Source of the DNA: Vicugna vicugna
Lineage: Eukaryota
Direction of reading: 5' to 3'
Length of the DNA stretch: 64,000 bases
NCBI GenBank assembly: GCA_013265495.1
Contig: MU058423.1
Span: 943,061 to 1,007,060 of the forward strand
Below are positions 12,673 through 24,600 of the stretch, piece by piece. Numbering within the stretch: the first letter of the stretch is position 1; each line of letters begins with the position of its first letter. The notes under the pieces are model-generated. The model ran no database searches, was not told the DNA's origin, and was given only the letters and a program-made list of their open reading frames with translations. The translations under genes were made by a program, and so were the position numbers.

Positions 12673-13014
12673 CTTGAATTGAAGAAGAGAGCAACTTTTT
12701 GTTTGCATTAACTATTGCATGGGTAACAGTGCACATTGCATTATTCTGGTATAACCGAGAACCAAATCCAACAGGAGGATATTTAGGAACAAAGGAAAAG
12801 AAAATTCTTTTCTCATCACTAACTAATTTCAAGAATAAAGATAAAAATATAAAAGACATTTTTAGGAAAGCATGTTTCCTAGCACTGGAAAGACGATTAT
12901 CTTCTGGTATTCTTGTAAGATACACCCACCTAAAATAATAGATGAAATCTGTACACTTGATAACAGAACATATGTCCAGATAGATTAGTCACCCAAACTG
13001 AACAGGAAATTTAC

Positions 13015-13097
13015 CAAATCTGTAGAAATGAGGACTCTGCAATGAAACTGCTTCAGTTTAGCCATAGCATCAAGACGCTGATTCTGATTCATGTTGC
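13015..13097 (-). CDS. DDX20: DDX20 exon 8 ([28 protein letters not shown])
   Basis: QxxR motif; AG/GT boundaries; 83 nt; absent from the ORF track and read manually. Confidence 0.95.
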
Positions 13098-14006
13098 CTA
13101 AAAAGACCCAAAAATAAAGTCACATAAAAATAAGCTATTATACATTTATCAGCTCCACAAAAAGCAGAAATCATAATTTCCAGTCCTAACACTTTAAAAA
13201 TATAACCACCAAAATTAATTCTGTCCTTATATGCAAATCTAGGTTAAGACCTAAAGTCAGAATCTTCTAGAACATGGTTAGGCAATCAACTTGAAATTAT
13301 TTAGGCCGCTTACTTTAAATGGTGACTAGGCTATGCCTGCAGATATAACAGTTACATATCAGATATAACAATTCTTAGGAAAATAAAACTGCTTTAATCA
13401 GCCGTTTACCAATTTAGTGGTAAAGTGTGATCTACAGGTAAAATACTGGTCCATATCTCATTATCTCATGTCTCATGATACACCATGACTAAGCAGACTT
13501 ATGTTAACAGGTTAAAAACTAAGCTAAGCTATCAACCAAGCTCTAAAAAGGATCTCACTGATCAAAAATTGTTTTAAATCGTTCATTCTTATTAGGCCAG
13601 CAGTAATAATTTAGCTTTGTGTCAAAAATGAGCCAGTTTTGCCTTCCATAAGACAATAAAAGTCAATTCAGTCAGCAAGTCTTAGCGTTTTTAAATGACT
13701 ATATAAAGAAACAAAATATTTTCCAGACAACAAAGATAGACTTTGTTTTATAAAATTAAGTTCTTTGTGGATATAACTCCAGCTTTCTATTTTTTTTTAT
13801 TATATATCATGTTACTTCTTAAAAAACAAAGATACTGATACTTCAAATTCCAGCGAAAAATAAATCTGAAATTCCCTTTACTCTGGAGACTCAAGTGTAA
13901 CCTCACATTCACGAGACAACTCATGAAGTGGTATCTCTTCCTCCTGACTTTGGGAAAGCTTCAAGTCGGGACACTTAACAAAGATTAAAGTAAGAGATGA
14001 ACTTAC

Positions 14007-14065
14007 CTGAAATGCACTCGGCAGGAAAGCCTTTAGAAGAAAGGATATCAGCCAAATGTTGTGCT
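14007..14065 (-). CDS. DDX20: DDX20 exon 7 (RAQHLADILSSKGFPAECIS)
   Basis: AG/GTAAGT boundaries; 59 nt. Confidence 0.95.
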
Positions 14066-14166
14066 CTATGAAAAATAACACAAAGGGTTATAATTTTTAC
14101 AAATATTGGCCCACACCTATCCTTCCATTTCACAAGATGACCAGATGACCTTTCAAGGCACATTAC

Positions 14167-14305
14167 CTGCTGTGTAGATTAGAAAAGACTAAGGCTTGAT
14201 TAAATGGAATTTTGCTGAACAGTTCCTGTAAATGCTGAGTCTTTTCCTCAAAAGTCTTATGGGCCAAAGGGTATGAGTTGACAAGTTTGTAAAACTGCTT
14301 CAAAC
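14167..14305 (-). CDS. DDX20: DDX20 exon 6 ([22 protein letters not shown]...[10 protein letters not shown]; motif IV)
   Basis: AG/GT boundaries; 139 nt; in frame. Confidence 0.95.
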
Positions 14306-14444
14306 CTATAAAGAAGAGTCTTCTGTTAAAACAAATACATTTGCTATATCACAGTAGCAAATAGGAAAGCAACAGCCAACTAAGCAAAGGAAAGCTCCAG
14401 AATGTCACAAACAAACCCAGTAAGCATCGAAAATCTATACTCAC

Positions 14445-14587
14445 CTATGAGACTTGGATCACTGGAATTCAGTCTTACGAAAGTGGGCTCTCTCATGTAC
14501 TTGGTCAAAGCATTAGCCAAAAATTCAGGGTAAGTAGCTGATACCGCCAACATCTGTTTATTGGCAGGTAAGGAAGAATAAATCCAA
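14445..14587 (-). CDS. DDX20: DDX20 exon 5 (motif III SAT)
   Basis: [21 protein letters not shown]...; CAG/GTGAGT boundaries; 143 nt. Confidence 0.96.
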
Positions 14588-14708
14588 CTGCAAAACAGAA
14601 GAAAAACACAATCATGGAAACTATGCAGACAGTAATCACCACCCAGAAAAGCCAAAGACAGATACTGTGGGACACCATTTTAATAGTCAAGTTAGTTATT
14701 TTTCTTAC

Positions 14709-14823
14709 TTTATTTGCTCCTGGAAGCTGCCTTCTTCTAAAAGCTTATCCGCTTCATCAAGAATAAAGAGACGTACACTGCCTGGGTTCAAGTAGTCAAG
14801 CTCTATCAGTTGTTTAATTCTGC
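14709..14823 (-). CDS. DDX20: DDX20 exon 4 (DEAD box: [11 protein letters not shown])
   Basis: Motif II DEAD; AG/GTAAGA boundaries; 115 nt. Confidence 0.96.
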
Positions 14824-15420
14824 CTAAATTCCAGAAGAGAACATATAGAAATATTCATGATGTACCAAATTTGTGCTAATTTCAGCCAATGTTGTTACTC
14901 TACTTACAGGCTGAACTGCTGACTTTCCTGACCCAACCCTCATTATTCGACATGTACACATAAATCACAAATTAGAAATCCTGAGTTCTGATCTTGCCTA
15001 AGTCTTTATTTTTCTCTCACATTTCATCACCAACAAGTATGGAAAATAAACACTATTCCTGTAAAAAGACTTCACTGCTAAGGCACTGAATGCTAGACTG
15101 ATTCTGAGTGATTCCTGACTGAAGGACTAATATGGAAACCAAGAATCATCCCACTCCACGGCTTAGAAGGGCTTCCTAAAAGTCATCTCACTCCTCTTCT
15201 TTTCAGAAGCCTATTCCATACTTGACCTTAAACATCCTTAGGAATGGAGATTTGTGCTGGTAATCCAATCCTGTGTTTATATCTCACTAATCTAATGTTC
15301 TTCATTTTTAATCCTCAAAATAATTACCATAGTTATTAAAGACTCTCATACTGTTATTGTTATACTAAATGTGTTCAGCTCCTTTAAAGCCCCAGTTATG
15401 AATAGATACTGATATCTTAC

Positions 15421-15589
15421 CAGGAGAACCAACGGCAATATGACACTTTTTAAGTCTGGTTTTGTCTTGTGATAATGGAGTCCCTCCAATAAACACATGA
15501 CACTCTAAGCCTTCCATTTTTATTCCAATGGCTGTGATAACAGAATGTATCTGCACAGCAATTTCTCTTGTAGGAGCCAAGATCAAAAT
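15421..15589 (-). CDS. DDX20: DDX20 exon 3 (motif Ia PTREIA, GG doublet, Ib GSPG)
   Basis: AG/GTAAGA boundaries; 169 nt. Confidence 0.96.
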
Positions 15590-15719
15590 CTAAAAAAAAC
15601 AAAAAACAAAAAACAAAAAAACATAAAAATATACCTTTAACAAGTCAGTAGAATAAACACATGTGATTGGAACATTCATTATACAATGAACTATTTTTCA
15701 TTTAAATGATCATTTTAAA

Positions 15720-16210
15720 TTCATTCATTTATGTATTCATTTGACAAACATTAAGAACCCACTATGTGCCAGGCCACATACAAGCTGCTATAGAGACAGT
15801 AGTTAATACAAAGACCTTGTTCTCATGGTACTTTCATTCTTGGATGATAAGAGGATATACAATAAACAAATGTACAAATAATGGCAGGTAATGGAGAGCG
15901 CTCTGAAGAAAAAATCAAATAGGGAAAAGAGAAAGAAGGGACAAAGGAAGGGAAGACATTATTCTAAATGGTACAATCAAGAAGACCCCTCTAAAGAGAT
16001 AACATCTGAGCACCACAGAGCTGAGCTAGCTATGTGAAACCCAGGGAATTGTCTTCAGGAAAAGGAAACAGCAAATGCAAAGGCCTTAACATGGTAGTGT
16101 TTTTGGTGTTTTTCAGGAACGGCAAGGAGGCCCATGGTTGGTCCAAGTTAGGGTCAGAGATCTAGCTCCAGAGGCTAGGTCATGGAAGGCCTTGAGAGTC
16201 ATAGTGAGAA
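15720..16210 (+). mobile_element. L2 LINE fragment in DDX20 intron 2
   Basis: ttcattcatt...aaacattaagaacccactatgtgccaggc...ccttgttctcatgg...ggaaacagcaaatgcaaaggcc is typical of the L2 3' region. Strand is tentative. Confidence 0.7.
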
Positions 16211-17318
16211 GTGTGCAATATAACTACTGGAGGAGAAGGTAAAATAGCATGTTCTCAACTACGAGGGGGGAAAAAACTGCTTAAGAAGTCTAAGACAAAA
16301 TATGCTGAACTGTTAATGGCATTTTCTCTCTGAGTAGGTGAGATTATATTTTGTCTTCTGGTACTTCTTTATTTTTCGGAATTTTCCCAATTTTCAAAAA
16401 TGAATATGCATGATTTTGATAACACAAAGATCTTAAATTAAAAATAAATTTCATTTATGGAATTTATTCAGAGTTTTGGCATCTGACCTGCTGCCAAACT
16501 GTCAGAAGCCAAAATCTTAAATACATTTATCTCAGTTCACAAGAATAGCCCAGGTTCTTGGGAAACAGAAGGATTTTCTAGGTGCAACATAACTCAGGAT
16601 TTGGTAAATCTAAGGTAGGACTCAAAGAGCTTTACAGATCACAAATATGGGTATCTGCGTTAAAAAACATTTGACATACCCCCAGATACACATGACTGAG
16701 AACTTGAAATACAGTCTGCTGTAACTATTAAACCACACAGCAGTACTATGAGGATCATATCTGATTCATCTTTGTATTCCCGATGCCTAGCATACTGTTC
16801 ATACATACCATGAGCTCAGCAAGTCTTTGTTGAAGAAATGATCCCCAAACCCAAATCAACTGTTAATTTGGGATAAGGACATCTTAGACCTACTCTAAGA
16901 GAACCTAGAAGATGGAGATCAATATGATACATTCACTGTAAGAACCACCTGCAGTTACCAGCAATAGCCAAAGCACCTCATTACCATGAATGACCTCACC
17001 ACAATCTAGTGAGCAAATAAAAGAATAAAGAATTCCTATCTGTATTTTCCAGTAATGATAAAATTGACACACACGGCAGGCTTATTTAACATGCAGTAAT
17101 AATAGAAATTTCCAAACTTCTAACACTAATAATGTATATTTGGTCACCATCCACACCACCACCACTCAATAGCCTTAAGGTCTACTTTACTTTTATACTT
17201 TTTACATGTCTTAACTCAATCATTCACCAAATTCACTTCTACCTCTACTGGTATTTCTTCTACCTATAGTAAAATCCACATAGCAAACCCTCCTTTGGGT
17301 CCTCTGAGCTCAACTTAC

Positions 17319-17413
17319 CTGGGTACTTAAGTTTTCAAGAACAAGAGAGTCCAAAGCAATGGTGGAGAATACACAGGTTTTCCCAGTGCCAGACTTAGCT
17401 TGAACAATTAAAT
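17319..17413 (-). CDS. DDX20: DDX20 exon 2 (Walker A: AKSGTGKT)
   Basis: [41 protein letters not shown] boundaries; 95 nt. Confidence 0.96.
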
Positions 17414-17635
17414 CTGAGGAGAAAAAACAAAAATTATCAGTAGCCAGGACTCAAGAAGCTTAGGTACTAACATGATGTCCCAGAACTAGAAGGGTCTCCA
17501 GAGATCACCTTCTTGGCATCTTTGTGTTTAGTTAACTCAAAAAAAAAAAAACCAAAACCAAAACAAAACCCACATGAGGCCTTATCCAGAAACACACCTC
17601 CTCCCTGAACCTCCACCGTTTCTTTCTTGGGGGGC

Positions 17636-17927
17636 AGGCTTAGAAAGCAGAAATTTATATTCTCAAAGTTTTGGAGGCCAGGAAGTATGAAATCAAGGTA
17701 TCAGCTGGCCCACATTCCCTCTAAGGCTCTGTGGTACAATCCTTCCTGGTCCCTTCCAGCTTCTGATGGCTCCAGACACTTCTTGGCTTAGGGCTGCATA
17801 ACTCCAATCTCTCCCTCCATTGTCACATGGCTTTTTTTCTCTGTCTTTCTCCCTTCTCTTCTAAGGATTCTCGTCACTGGATTTCGGGCCTACTATAATC
17901 CAGGATGATCTCATCTGAGATCCTTAC
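17636..17927. mobile_element. MLT1 (MaLR LTR) fragment in DDX20 intron 1
   Basis: cagaaatttatattctcaaagttttggaggccaggaagtatgaaatcaaggtatcagc...cttccagcttctgatggctcc...actccaatctct...gtcacatggc resembles MLT1B/C. Confidence 0.8.
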
Positions 17928-18029
17928 TACCGTTTATTTTCTCAAACGTAGAACAATTTGTCAGTGTGGGATGGGCCTTAATCACCTTCAATTTCAAGAC
18001 TGCGCCTCCATTTGACAGAGGACCAAACA

Positions 18030-18970
18030 GGGTCACAGCGTGCAGCGTCTGGCCCCAGGCCGAGCCCTGCCAGGCGGCCGACCTAAGCCCTTCCCGGCCC
18101 TCGCCGCGGGCTCGACCGCCGCCGCCCCGCTTCCTCCCGCCCTCCCGGCCTTCCCAGGGCCCCCGCCCTCACCGAGCCCGCAGCGCCCCAGCGGGATGGC
18201 CTTGAGCTGCACGGGCGACGGCCGTTCGAAGCCGGCCGCCCGCAGCCCCTCCAGCACCGGCCGCGACAGCAGCAGCGACTCGAAGTCCGCCGGCTCCGCC
18301 AGCAGCACGTCTCCGGTGCGGGTCCGCGGGCCGCCGACGTCGTGAGCCGTCCGCAGGCTCCGCACCGGCCGGGGGACTGGCTCGGGGGTCGAGAAGTCCG
18401 CAGCCACACGCTCCGCCGGGACAGCGGTCTCCACCGTCGCTAAGGCCGCTGGGGCTTCAAACGCCGCCGCCATGGTAGCCGCGCCGCCGGATCTCGCGGT
18501 ACTTGGGACGAGGCGGGGAGCCTGAGGGCGAGAAGAGGAAAAACTTTATTGGCAGTCTTTGTGCGAAGACACTGACAAGCCTGGCCTCGAAGAGGAGGGC
18601 TAAGGGACGGAAGTTGGAGGCTTAGAAAGAGTCGGAAACAGCTACAACAACCGAAAAGCGTGGCCTGAGGTAGGCAGGAAAAAGGAGGAGAGGAAAGCTA
18701 AGGCTACCGGTGTGTCGCCGCCTGAGGCCTGCAGAGGGCGCTGCGCGCTCACGGTGGGAGAGCCGCCCCGCCTCCAGGCCCTCTGTGGGCGGGTCCTCCC
18801 AGCCCCGCGCCCGGCGTGGCGGGCCTCACGACGCGGTCTTTGTGATGTGCCCTGTGCGTCGCGCTCCCCGCCTCGCGGCCTCGGCTCCGCGGTTTCGTCC
18901 TCCTGATCCTCTCCCTCTCCCGCTCCAACTCGCTGCCTCGTGCTCACAGAGAGCGCCCGGATTACAGCGA
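18030..18970. promoter_or_regulatory. CpG island / DDX20 promoter
   Basis: Dense CpG and high GC; CGCG element TCTCGCGGTA (18492-18501), ETS CGGAAGT (18608-18614), GC boxes; no TATA. Confidence 0.9.
18173..18473 (-). CDS. DDX20: DDX20 (Gemin3/DP103 DEAD-box RNA helicase) exon 1, with Q motif GFERPSPVQ
   Basis: Strong Kozak gctaccATGg; MAAAFEA...[43 protein letters not shown] donor; 301 nt. The 11 exons sum to 2478 nt = 825 aa + stop. Confidence 0.97.
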
Positions 18971-19099
18971 GACTTAGGATGTACCACTTTGCCTGGTACA
19001 TGTCTGTGCAGTACCGCTTTATTCATCTCTGTGTCCCCAGCCCGTAGCGTAGTACGTGGCACACGGTGAGCTCTGATAAAAGTCAATCGAAATGCAACA

Positions 19100-19590
19100 A
19101 GCAACTGGACTGACAGCTCCCAAATTCCTATCTGCACCTCAGACCTCTCCCTGTACTCCAGGCTTGTACATTCAGATTCTCCCTTCTCAACATCTCCACT
19201 TCGATGTCTAAATAGACATCTCAAATTTAACATTTTCAGTGTGTTGCTCCTACTCCCCCCCAACACACACACCATCTCATGGATGACAAGTCTTTACCAC
19301 TTTACTTCAGGTGTCTGCTCAGATACCACCTTGTCAAAGAGGGCTTTCCTGAACACCCTACCTGAGACAGCGCCCCCATCCTGTCGGCTCCCCGGCCTTT
19401 CCCACCACTCTAGTCCCTTGTTTTGCTTTATTTTTCTTCACGGTACTTATCCCTAGCTGAAATGTGTTTACTGTCTGTCTCCTCCACTCTATGGTGACAG
19501 GGACCTGTTCCCTCTTGTTCTCTGAGGTATCCCTAATGGGGAAAAAACAATCTGACACAGATTAAGTGCCCAATATTTATTGAATAATTA
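19100..19590. mobile_element. L2 LINE fragments
   Basis: gacagctcccaaattcctatctgcacctcagacctctccc...catctccacttcgatgtctaaatagacatctcaaatttaac...caatatttattgaata. Confidence 0.8.
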
Positions 19591-19969
19591 AGTCCCTATA
19601 ACAAAGTCTAAGTCGTAACTCCAAATGTAAGTATTTCTGGAACCTAATCTTATTTACAATTCCAAATCTAAAGATATTCTGCATCCAACCACAACTTTTC
19701 CCTTTGTCCTTATATTGTCCAGTCATTATCTCTTAGGGGCCTCGGGCTTCCCTTCTCACAGAAACACACACACACACAAACACAGAGTGATGATCCTGAT
19801 TCCAAAGGATGTAGGAGGGGTTTTGGCATGATAATCCCATTGGAAAGGGGTTCTGAAGATGAGTTTGCTTAGAAATGGACGAAACATTGAGAAAATGTCA
19901 ACTGTTCATATGAAAGAAGGGGGCCTGTTGGGAGCGGGCACTAAAGGTTCCAGACTTCATCTTGGTACC

Positions 19970-20530
19970 CCACCCTTTTCTTCCACCTGATGCCCAAATC
20001 CCCAACTTGGGAATTACTCTTGACTCCATCTTCCCTTGCAGGGAAGCCAAGTACTCTTGACTATCCCTCTGCCCTTTCTAACAATTACTTGAGGGCAGGT
20101 AATTTTGCCTCCAAATATTTCATCCATTTCTCTCCTCCAGTCTCCATAGCATCAGCCCTATTTTAGGCTCCTTTATCATCATAACTCTTACAACAATCTC
20201 CTGAATGGTACCCCTGGCCAGTTTCTTCTCTCTCCCAGTCACCCACCCAACAGGTGCTCAAGTGATCCTTCTTCAGTGGATGTCTTAGTTTGTTTGGGTC
20301 CAGCTTCAAATCCTGCTCCTTTTGACAGCCTTGTTTATTTCCCATCCCAGGCTCCCACTTCTCACTATAAATGATTCCTGTCTAGCTCTTACCTTGTTCT
20401 ATTTACTTGTTCGCGTATCTGTCCTTCACACTAAATAAACTGTGAGCTTCTCAAGTATGGAATTTTGTTACCCTAGTCTCTCCAGCCCAGCACCAGGCCT
20501 TGGTGGACCTAATAAACATTGAATGAATGA
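19970..20530. mobile_element. Degenerate L2 fragments
   Basis: ...ctgtgagcttctcaag...cccagcaccaggcc...aataaacattgaatgaatga resembles the L2 3' end. Confidence 0.6.
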
Positions 20531-23500
20531 CCTTTTCTTGCTCAGAAATCTGTGCTGGGCTTTCATGCTCACAGCAGTAGCTGTGTAGAACTCATACCAA
20601 TCACCAATGAAGAAGCCAGCTCTCATCCTAAAAGAAATAAAAAAATTCCTTTTCCAGAAAAGAACATTTATAGTTTTATAGGCATTTTGTTATTGCATTT
20701 GTTGTTTACAATGTTTTATGGACACAAATATTGTAGTAATGTTATTAGGAATAATTTTTCTATAGCTAAAAATACAAATCAATAAATTTTTTAATCTGTA
20801 CTTAAAAATTGTAATCATATCGTTGGTCGTAATTTTTAGTGCTGTAACAATAAAACACAAAGGTAAGAGACCATTTAATAACCAGGTAAGGTATGAGAGT
20901 AACATCCACAGAAACCAGCTGGACTGTCGTCTACCTCCTGGCTTCCCCCAGGATAAAATCACAGAAGGACCCCAGCCTCTTTTTATGCTATTCTATGTAC
21001 CTGGAAAGCCTTTCCTCACCTTATGTACCTGGAAGCTAAAGGGAGGAAAAGATTCCTGTGAACTGAAGTGGGGAGAAGACATAGGCTCAGAGTGGATATT
21101 GAGGTTCAAATGGTCCCAGGCAATCATTTCACAATGGAGGTTTCTGCACCCAGAGGAAAGGAAAATGCTGTAATAAAAACATGGACATAAGATGGCCCAC
21201 CCTAGGTGTGAGGATCTGTAGAAGTATGTAGAAAGAAGGGAAGGAACTAAGTTTCTTTTTTTCCTCTCATTTGACCCTCAGAGCAACAAAGGGCGGGCAA
21301 CATGATTATTTACATTCAATCTGCAAACATCTCTTTATTCACTCTTTCCACAGAAATCTTCTAAACACCTAATAAGAATCAGCCAAATGGTGGACATACA
21401 AAGATGGGATGAAATAAACAGAGCATTTGCCCTCAAGGAGAAAGATACATGGCCAGGTAACATTGATCAAGGAAGAAATATGCAAGCAGCACAAGTAGGT
21501 GTAAAATCATATGCAGTCCTGACATTTTTCAGGGCCTTAGTTGCTCCAAGTGTGGGAGGGAGGGAGAACTTGGGAGAAATGCAGCAAAACCGCTTTTGGT
21601 GTTCAGAGAGCAAGAGCTTTCTTCTCTGTGCCCTGCTCATCCTCACCCAAAAGAAAGTGGTTTAAAGCATGCACGGAACTGTGAGAAAAACTCCATGCCC
21701 AGATCACTCTTTTCCTAATCCCTGGAGTCTAGCAGTCCTGCCAAGACAGCGGCACCAGGAGACAAAACTCAAGTCCCTTGAAGCACTGGGGGCTGGTTTT
21801 CTGAACTGATCCTGAAGCATGGATAAGGAGTTCATGAGGCAGCGGGGGTGGGAGGAGAGCTCACCAGGCAGACAAGTCAGGCAGATATTCTGGGCAAAGG
21901 GAACAGTTTGTGCAAAGGCGTGGAAGCGTGAGAAACCATAGGCGTTTAGGGAAGGTACGAACTTTAGTGTGAACGGAGGCAAGTATGGCAGCCCTTACCA
22001 GGAAACAAGGCTGCGGAGATATATTGGTCCTGTATTAGGGAGGGCCTTGTCTGACACCCTAAGGAATATAAAATAAACCTGTTGTGCCCGCCCAAGGTGA
22101 GGCAGGGGTCCGGGAAGTGTTGTGTAGCAATAGAGAGAAATACAGTTGGAAATATAGCTTGGGGCTTGATTGATGACAAAGTGGAGGACTTTGGATTTTA
22201 ACTTGCAGACCATCAGGCATCATATAAGCCTGGGATCTAATCTGAGGGAGAGACTGCAGGGCCCACTTTGCACACTGCTTCTTACCCCTAACAACTCCTG
22301 GGTCTTTTAGGTGTTGGACGCTGCTTTCCGGGTGTCAGTGCTTTCCGGTGTGACACTCATCCAGCAAACAGTGACTGCACACGTGTTTCCTAATTCTCTC
22401 TCCCAGGCAAGGGGCACCTTCCCTCCCATATTCTTCAGTTCATCTGCTCAGTGAACTAGCATTATCAATAAACTTAAGCTGTACCAAGTTTATCAAGTAA
22501 CACTATCTGGCCTCCTGGCCAGAAGTTGTTTTGTTTCATGACCCTGCTCAGTCCTACGCCACTACCTTTCGGCATGGAGAATAACTTTTCTCACATGTGC
22601 CCCTTGGCCTATGGGGTGACCATATCCTCCCGCCATGGGGACTTGCCTCGCTGACCTTCAGAAAAGGACCCCAGACCATCCTCCCTCTCTCCAGACCAGA
22701 CTCCCTTCTGCCCAAGGCCCATGTTGATTAATTGCCCCGTTTACTACCACAGCCTCAGTCTTTAGGGAGGAAGGCGTCATGTTCGCTCTTCTCCTTGTGC
22801 AAACGGGGCCCAATTCATTCTTGTCCAGGCAGCGTAATAAATAACCTGCTCCTGTTGGCAGGGAGTTTATTAGAGACTGATGGGACATTTAACAATAACT
22901 GGGGGCCTGTGATTTATTAGGGAGGGAGGTTCATGGCGTCTCCGAAGACTGGGAATGTGGAATTTAATTGATAAAGTGGCTGTCACCAGCCATGAGATGC
23001 ACTCAATAGAATAGGCATTTCAGGGATCCTCTTTGGAGCTGTCAGGAAAGGTTTCTGCTAATCATATTCCGCTCCTGTGGATGGCGGTGTCTGCTGGATA
23101 TCTTGAGTGAGAGACAAATGGCAGGGAGGGGACTCTGAAAGGGGCCTGGGGAAGGGTGCGCCTGTCAGTTGCCTGGCCTGATGGAAGAATGTGACACAAA
23201 TGAGCAAAAGGAAAAAGGAGTTCCATCAGCCTTAGAGAGGGCTCCCCTTCAAGAGGCCTTTGTTTCTCTTCTGTGAGCTGCTCAGGGGAGCAAGAGGTGT
23301 TGAGCACCCACTTCCTGGAGGAGGGAAATGAAAGAGTGAAATGGCCAGAGGGATTTGTCCTGGAATTTGAGACCCAAATCTATATGGACCAGAGACCCCT
23401 GCCTTGCTCTCCAGCCACTGACACTCATATACACAACACACACACCCACACATCACATGCCACAATTACCCTACGCCCACACAGCCTCCCTGGAACCCCT

Positions 23501-24429
23501 GGTTCAGGTGGCAGTGCCTCCTGTCACTGCTGCTTTCATACCAAGAACAGAGCCACAGAAACGCACATGGATGGAGCTTCCCCTTTTTTATGTTCTCTCA
23601 GCTCGAGAGACACCAGAATCCAGACTGAGAAACTGGAAATGAATTCTTGCTGTCTGGAGTGGGCAGAGCTTACAGCTACCTTCCCCCAGGCCCACCCTCC
23701 ACCCTCCACTCAGTTCCCTGACAATAAGGGAGACTGGCTTTTTCTCCGCTGCCCTCCATGATGGCACTGATGTTGGCACAGCTCTGTCCTCTGGCAACCT
23801 CGAGCCTTCCCAAGCAGCTTGGCTCACATTGTCTGTTCCCTCCACCCCTCGGGCTGCTGTGCAGCCTTAAACAAGGCCATGTAAGGCACGAGAGGGGCTT
23901 TCTGAGGCCAGTCTGCTGCCTTCCTCTGATCCTCCTGCATCTATTCTTAGGTCCCAGGAGACTGGTCTGCCTCCTTGTTCCCTTCAGGGAGAGGAAGGGA
24001 GGGGGAGGCAACAGCCAGGGAAGAAGTAATTGTCACTGTCTAATCTGAGCCTCAGTGGTGACACTGAGGGACCTCCAAGCAGAATGGATACAGCAACTGG
24101 TTTGATTAAATCAAACCTCTACCGCAACCTTGTTAAATTAAACTGACAGGCCGGGAGCAGAAGAGGGAGGGCAGGGGGATCATCGCCTCGGGTGGGGGCA
24201 GGGGAGCGGAGGCTGGTAAGAAGATCAGACGGCAGTAGAGCAGCCTCCTGCCCTTTCCCTTATTTGCTAACTGAAGATAGGAGATGAGATTTATGGATGT
24301 GCGATGCTTAAGTACCTGTCTGAGCACAGGCTGTGAAAGTGACGCAGAGGCAGACGGCTGCCTCCCCGTAGGCTCTGCAAATTCCCTTGGCAGTCAGGCC
24401 TCCATGTTTGGAACCATGCTCTTGACATT

Positions 24430-24600
24430 TTAAAGGGCCTTTACACACTTTCCCTTCACAACACGCAGGTAGCGGTGAGGTTATTTTCTCCCCTTTACAG
24501 TCAGAGAAACTGAGGCACAGGGGGATTGCAGGGCCAACCAGCAGGCAGAGACGGGTGGCAGAGCCAGTCGAAGATCTCAGGTCTCCCGCCTGCCCGTTGT
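24430..24600 (-). mobile_element. MIR fragment
   Basis: ccctttacagtcagagaaactgaggcacag core. Confidence 0.6.

Noticed and set aside
18033..18172. Extension of the DDX20 exon 1 ORF (…[10 protein letters not shown]…)
   Set aside because: Read-through past the GTGAGG donor into intron 1; not protein.
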